Source of the DNA: Nitrosopumilus sp.
GTDB lineage: Archaea; Thermoproteota; Nitrososphaeria; Nitrososphaerales; Nitrosopumilaceae
Assembly (NCBI GenBank): GCA_965249555.1
Contig: OZ252243.1
Location: forward strand, 704,001 to 768,000
Reading direction: 5' to 3'
Length of the DNA: 64,000 nt
The notes under the pieces were generated by a model. That model made no database searches. It was not told the DNA's origin and saw nothing but the letters and a program-made list of their open reading frames with translations. A program made the position numbers and the translations under genes. Positions 59,066-64,000 of the stretch are shown in pieces (within the stretch, counting starts at the first letter, position 1; every line of letters starts with the position of its first letter).

Positions 59066-59542
59066 TTATCCTGTGTTTCTCTTTACTTCAATTTCTATCG
59101 TTGAAACGTTTCTGGTTCTACCGTCTTGTGACTCTAATGCTTCTGAGCCAATTTTAATTTCTCCAATAGTGTATCCTGCACTTTCTGTTTTTCGTGCAAT
59201 GATTTGAGATACATCTACAGCACGACCAATGCTCATTCCTCTAGCTTTGATGTGGACGGCTGGTAAGTTTGCCAATTGAATTAGCGAGGATGTTACATAT
59301 GCCATCAATGGCTTCTTACCAATGAATATGGTATCCCTGGTACCTGAAGATTCTCTGGGTTTTGAATTCTGTGTGTTTTCTGTATTTTCTCTAGGTGCAG
59401 AATTCTCTGTGTTTTCTGTATTTTCTCTAGGTGCAGAATTCTCTGTGTTTTCTGTATTTTCTCTAGGTGCAGAATTCTCTGTGTTTTCCGGAGTTTCTTT
59501 AGATTCAGAAGACTGTGTGTTTTCTGTCGACATAGCATTCAA
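59066..59542 (-). CDS. Alba-family DNA/RNA-binding protein with a repetitive N-terminal extension
   Basis: IFIGKKPLMAYV..IKARGMSIGRAVDV..RNVSTIEI. Confidence 0.9.
   Translation of the reverse strand: MNAMSTENTQSSESKETPENTENSAPRENTENTENSAPRENTENTENSAPRENTENTQNSKPRESSGTRDTIFIGKKPLMAYVTSSLIQLANLPAVHIKARGMSIGRAVDVSQIIARKTESAGYTIGEIKIGSEALESQDGRTRNVSTIEIEVKRNTG
59373..59488. repeat. 36-bp tandem repeat x3 plus a partial copy (ENTENTENSAPR)
   Basis: gtgttttctgtattttctctaggtgcagaattctct at 59373, 59409 and 59445. Confidence 0.92.
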
Positions 59543-59645
59543 CCACTTGAGGATAATTTAAGTTAAGAGTTTTTTGTGAATTTGACGAAAAAATTTTAAA
59601 AAATTTCAACCATTATTAACTAGAAAGGAGTAATTTCCTCAGAAC

Positions 59646-60185
59646 TTGGAAGATATTTCAAAAGTTTTAGAATCAGGAAGTTGTGAAGAAAAAATCAAAA
59701 TTTTAGAAACTCTAGAGTGTACAGAAAACCCAGAAATTTTAGAAAGGATAATTTTGAAATTGGATGATGATGATATTCAAGTTAGAGGAGAGGCGTTTAG
59801 CTCTCTTGTATTAAACGAAAATAAAATATCAAATTTTTTAATTAAAAGTTTGAATTCTGCAAGCAAAAACATCAGGGGTTTTGCATCATTGGTACTGGCA
59901 AACAGAAATGAAATAACTGCAATTCCAGAAATTATAAAGCTTGCAAAAGATGAGCACTCTATGGTCAGAGCATGCGCAATTGGAGCACTAGGGTATCTCA
60001 AAGCTCAAGAAGCTAGAGAAATTTTTCTTGAATCTTTGTCAGATTCTAATTTGGAAGTAAGAAAAAGTGCGCTTCAGGCAGTTATTGATCTAAATATCAC
60101 AGTTTCAGAAAATAAGATGAATGAAATTAGTAGAGAAGAAGATCCTGAGATAAAAAAACTGCTTTTGCTATTGAAAAAGAAATAG
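59646..60185 (+). CDS. HEAT-repeat protein
   Basis: Repeated L.D....VR..A...L motifs. Confidence 0.85.
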   Translation: MEDISKVLESGSCEEKIKILETLECTENPEILERIILKLDDDDIQVRGEAFSSLVLNENKISNFLIKSLNSASKNIRGFASLVLANRNEITAIPEIIKLAKDEHSMVRACAIGALGYLKAQEAREIFLESLSDSNLEVRKSALQAVIDLNITVSENKMNEISREEDPEIKKLLLLLKKK

Positions 60186-60259
60186 TGGACCGGAAGGGAT
60201 TTGAACCCTCGATCCGATGCATGCCATGCACCTATCCTACCGGACTAGACGACCGGCCC
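60186..60259 (-). tRNA. tRNA-Ala(GGC)
   Basis: Reverse complement GGGCCGG...GGTGC-ATGGCAT-GCATC...TTCAAAT...CCGGTCC-A, with the G3:U70 pair. Confidence 0.92.
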
Positions 60260-60383
60260 AATAATCAGAATTCTGATCGAATAATATTTTTCAAATTGGT
60301 TATTAACGTTTAGCGGTCGGTGAAATTTAGTATGAAACTAACACAAAAGATATTTAACCATAATTAATCATGATTGAATCGTT

Positions 60384-61229
60384 ATGGTGGTAGATAACAA
60401 AGCAACTGTCACATATGTTCAATTATTAAAAGAAGATCTTGTAATTATCAGACTAGTTCCAAAAGATGTTCCAGTTCCAGATTTCAGAGCTGGTCAATTC
60501 ATCACATTGGGATTACCAAATCCTGTAGAAGGTGGAAAAATCGTTAGACGGGCATATTCAATTGCATCTCATCCAGAAAATAAAGAGTACATTGAGCTTG
60601 TAATTAGATGGGTTAGAAAACCGCTCCCAGGCAGATTAACTACACAGTTATTTAATCTAAAAGAAGGAGACGAGATTCTCTGGTTGAAACCTACAGGTAA
60701 AGCACTAGACGTTAATGAAGAACTTCCAAACGGGGAAAAAGATAACAGAAGGATTATTTGCATAGGTGGAGGTACAGGTCTTGCACCATTTGTCAGTTTT
60801 GCACAGCACTTTCATGATACTGAGGACAAGCGGGAAATCATAGTTTTACAAGGTGCCAGCTACGTTGATGAGTTAAGTTACAAAGATTTGCTAACCTCGC
60901 TTGAAGACGAGAGTATTGCAAAAGGCAAGGACAAGTGGAACTTTAAGTACAGAGCTGCAATCAGCAGACCTCAAGAATGGTTCAACAGATCATGGGGAGG
61001 TCAAATTGGAAGAGTTGAAACATTCCTAAGACCTAGAGAGGATGGAATGTCACCACTAGAAGAACTAGTTGGCGATAAAATCACCAAAGACAATACCATA
61101 TTCTATGTTTGTGGTTGGCAGGGAACAATAGATGGCGTAATGGATTTCTTAAAACCAAAAGGTTTTGTCACAGAACATGACAAACGCAAAGACGGAAGCT
61201 TTGAACTCAAATACGAGTCATACGGATAG
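60384..61229 (+). CDS. Ferredoxin-NADP+ reductase-like protein, paralog 2
   Basis: Same motifs as 45296-46138. Confidence 0.88.
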   Translation: MVVDNKATVTYVQLLKEDLVIIRLVPKDVPVPDFRAGQFITLGLPNPVEGGKIVRRAYSIASHPENKEYIELVIRWVRKPLPGRLTTQLFNLKEGDEILWLKPTGKALDVNEELPNGEKDNRRIICIGGGTGLAPFVSFAQHFHDTEDKREIIVLQGASYVDELSYKDLLTSLEDESIAKGKDKWNFKYRAAISRPQEWFNRSWGGQIGRVETFLRPREDGMSPLEELVGDKITKDNTIFYVCGWQGTIDGVMDFLKPKGFVTEHDKRKDGSFELKYESYG

Positions 61230-61280
61230 AATTATCAAAAAATCAATCATTGAAATATGAGATTTGTCCATGAATTATAA

Positions 61281-61883
61281 TTGATTACTGCACTATACCT
61301 TGCGCATCTAAATCCAGTGACAAACGCGCATGTTGAAATTATTTCAGAGTTGAAAAAAGAGGCCGATATCGTCAAAGTCATGCCGGTAGTTTTCAAAGAT
61401 GAGAATAGAGAGATAAACAGTAAAAGCTTTCCTTTTAATTTTGAAACCAGAAAGAAGATGCTCATGTCAGTTTTTGAAGACTCGATTCAAATTACAGATG
61501 ATTATGCATTTTTTGCTCCATTTAAAAAATACCTGCCACCTTTAATTAGATCAAGGTCATGGAAATTAAAAAAACAAATTCTTCGCGGAGTGGAGGGTGA
61601 CTTTTTTTCCTATACAGGAGACAAAGCCGAAGGCTATATGCTAAAAATGTACAGGCTAAAACCAAAGTTGGGGGAAAGGAAGTCACTTTCTGCATCATCA
61701 GTTAAAGAAAAATTGTTTGATGCCGCGCTTGGAAAAGAGACAACGTGGAAAGAAGACGTCCCAGAAAGCATAGTCAAAATAATAGAAGAAGAGTGGGCTA
61801 TAGTAGAGAAATTTGCAAACATGGAAGATAAAACTACCAGAGTTGTAGGAATGAAATTTCCTAAAGAAGGATATTCGAAATAA
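61281..61883 (+). CDS. Nucleotidyltransferase (cytidylyl/NMN-adenylyltransferase-like)
   Basis: HLNPVTNAH (HxGH-like), PFNFETRKKM and LSASSVK. Confidence 0.7.
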   Translation: MITALYLAHLNPVTNAHVEIISELKKEADIVKVMPVVFKDENREINSKSFPFNFETRKKMLMSVFEDSIQITDDYAFFAPFKKYLPPLIRSRSWKLKKQILRGVEGDFFSYTGDKAEGYMLKMYRLKPKLGERKSLSASSVKEKLFDAALGKETTWKEDVPESIVKIIEEEWAIVEKFANMEDKTTRVVGMKFPKEGYSK

Positions 61884-61917
61884 ATAGAGATTAATACACA
61901 GTCAGTAAGAATTTTCT

Positions 61918-62835
61918 ATGAAACTCCCGCTTTCAAAATATGTCTGGTTTGATGGAAAGTATGTTCTCACAGAAAATGCTCAGGTTCCAATTACTACTCA
62001 TGCGATTCATTACGGAACATCAATCTTTGAGGGGATAAGGGCATATTGGAATGGAGGGAATCTCCATATCTTTAGACTAGACGAACATGTAAAGCGATTT
62101 AGAAGATCAGGACAGTTTTACAACATCTCACTTAATTTCTCTGATAAGATAATCACGGATGCAATTATTGGAATCTGTAAAAAAAATAAAATTAAAAAAT
62201 CATGTTACATCAGACCATTTTATTTTATAGGTGATTATGGAATAAGTCTACATGTAACTGAAAAAGCCCCAACAAGCGTTGCAATTTTCACATTTCCTTT
62301 TGGAAATTTGTTTGATAAAAATGGAATTTCAGCCGGGGTTGTCTCTTGGAGAAAATTCTCAGACACGTCCACTCCTTCACAAGCAAAAATGGGTGGAAAT
62401 TATCTAAATTCCATCATTGCAACACAGGAAGCAAAAAGAAACGGTGTTGATGAAGCAATTTTGCTTGATCACAATGGGAATGTTAGTGAAGCGCCAGGAG
62501 AAAATATCTTCATCGTAAGAAATGGGCAATTAATAACACCATCACTAGCGTCATCAGCACTTGAAGGAATTACTCGCGATGCAGTAATCAAAATTGCAAA
62601 AGATTTGGATATTGACGTTGCTGAAAGAGACATTGCAAGAAGCGAGCTGGTTATCTCGGATGAAATTTTTCTGACAGGAACAGCAGCTGAGATCACCCCC
62701 ATAATATCAATGGATTCAAAAAAGATAGGCAATGGCAAACCGGGAGACATGACAAAGAAGATGATGCAAGAGTATACAGACATAGTAATGAACAAAAATG
62801 ATAACTATTCTCATTGGTTAACTGTGGTGTATTAG
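61918..62835 (+). CDS. ilvE: Branched-chain amino acid aminotransferase
   Basis: HYGTSIFEGIRAY, AKMGGNY, EAPGENIF, LEGITR and TGTAAEI. Confidence 0.95.
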   Translation: MKLPLSKYVWFDGKYVLTENAQVPITTHAIHYGTSIFEGIRAYWNGGNLHIFRLDEHVKRFRRSGQFYNISLNFSDKIITDAIIGICKKNKIKKSCYIRPFYFIGDYGISLHVTEKAPTSVAIFTFPFGNLFDKNGISAGVVSWRKFSDTSTPSQAKMGGNYLNSIIATQEAKRNGVDEAILLDHNGNVSEAPGENIFIVRNGQLITPSLASSALEGITRDAVIKIAKDLDIDVAERDIARSELVISDEIFLTGTAAEITPIISMDSKKIGNGKPGDMTKKMMQEYTDIVMNKNDNYSHWLTVVY

Positions 62836-63771
62836 ATGAAAATTGTTCAAATTGGAACCGGTGGATGGGGCAAAAATCACACCAGGATTTTATCTCAACT
62901 AGATGTGCTTGTAGCTGTTTGTGATGCAGATTCTCAAAAAAGCAAAGAGTACGGAGAAAAATACTCTGTAAATCATTATGAATCATTAGATGAACTACTA
63001 AGCTCAGAAGAGTTTGATGGGGCATTTGTAGTAACACCCACATCAACTCACACAGAAATTGCAACAAAATTGTTGGAGGCAAAAAAACATGTTTTTGTGG
63101 AAAAGCCAATGACGTACAAATCTGAAGACGGCGAAAAACTCTCCAGACTTGCAGAGAAAAATAAAGTAGCTCTTACATGCGGATACATTGAGAGATTTAA
63201 TCCTGCAGTAGATGTTGTAAAAAAATTTGTCAAAGAAAAGAGATTTGGGGATTTAGTAATGCTAGAATTTCACCGTGAGAATAGAATGCCCCTTCATATC
63301 AAAGATGTTGGAATTATTTATGACACTTCAGTACACGACATTGATACTGCAAATTGGTTGTTTGATGATATGCCACATGTGGTATTTGCAAGAGCAGGTA
63401 AAATTAAACACGAACACGAGGATTTTGCAAGCATCATGCTAGGATACAAAGATGACAAAGTTGCAATCATTTCATCAAACTGGATTACGCCAAAAAAAGT
63501 CAGAAGGTTCAATGCTGTATGTACAGATGCCATAATTTCATCGGATTTTATCACTCAGGAAATTATTGTGGAGAAGAGCGATGAATCAGAAACCGTACAA
63601 AACGAAAAACAAGAGCCGTTACTATTAGAAATTCAGAGTTTTCTTGGAGCAATTGAAGGTAAGAACGAACAGGTTGTAAAATCACAAGAAGCAGTCAACG
63701 TTACAAAGATTGCAGAAGCTGCACTTTTATCTAGTCAAAAAGGAGTACCAATCTATCTGGATCTAAAATGA
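62836..63771 (+). CDS. Gfo/Idh/MocA-family oxidoreductase
   Basis: GTGGWG, VEKP, GYIERFNP and HDID. Confidence 0.92.
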   Translation: MKIVQIGTGGWGKNHTRILSQLDVLVAVCDADSQKSKEYGEKYSVNHYESLDELLSSEEFDGAFVVTPTSTHTEIATKLLEAKKHVFVEKPMTYKSEDGEKLSRLAEKNKVALTCGYIERFNPAVDVVKKFVKEKRFGDLVMLEFHRENRMPLHIKDVGIIYDTSVHDIDTANWLFDDMPHVVFARAGKIKHEHEDFASIMLGYKDDKVAIISSNWITPKKVRRFNAVCTDAIISSDFITQEIIVEKSDESETVQNEKQEPLLLEIQSFLGAIEGKNEQVVKSQEAVNVTKIAEAALLSSQKGVPIYLDLK

Positions 63772-64000
63772 ACAAAACAATGATGAATATTTTGGCATGC
63801 CCTATAGACAAGAACCATCCTCTGGAACTATTTGAAATTAAAGAGAAAGACAGTATTGTCTCCGAGGGAGCACTGTTCTGCTCAAAATGTTCCAGATTTT
63901 ATCCGATTATTGAAGAGATTCCAATAATGCTTCCCGATGAATTAAGAGACAAAAAACAAGAATTGGAATTTCTAAAAAACAACAGAGATGAATTGCCTGA
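63768..64000 (+). CDS. Trm112-family protein (partial, runs off the window)
   Basis: MNKTMMNILACPIDK..LFCSKCSRFYPIIEEIPIMLPDELRD. Confidence 0.85.
   Translation, partial: MNKTMMNILACPIDKNHPLELFEIKEKDSIVSEGALFCSKCSRFYPIIEEIPIMLPDELRDKKQELEFLKNNRDELP

Noticed and set aside
45296-61229. Two ferredoxin-NADP reductase paralogs as a recent duplication
   Set aside because: They are clearly diverged and embedded in core genes, which suggests old paralogy.

Overview
Low-GC archaeal DNA from an ammonia-oxidising archaeon (Nitrososphaerota, Nitrosopumilaceae-like). This is inferred from the acetyl/propionyl-CoA carboxylase operon, rfcL, Alba, sdhACDB, archaeal tRNAs and Nitrosopumilus-type surface proteins. 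Positions 1-~37,100 form an IS-riddled accessory island. It holds very large secreted proteins (one with a frame-breaking 12-G tract at its 5' end), toxin-antitoxin pairs, a HipA-like kinase/DUF3037 pair, ParB, GmrSD and HNH nucleases, a duplicated MazG-like gene and many gene relics. Positions ~37,500-64,000 are mostly core genome with 3 tRNAs, plus a small insert carrying a MORC-like GHKL ATPase, a partner gene and a decayed PCNA. The main finding is an IS110/IS1111-type element (5349-6677) inserted inside the terminal inverted repeat of an IS66 element. Its 3' non-coding end has two stem-loops whose loop sequences match the IS66 terminal repeat and the element's own end junction, consistent with a bridge/seek RNA programmed against another transposon. 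All seven IS110 junctions I could find abut IS66 end sequence. All calls are by eye, without database searches.
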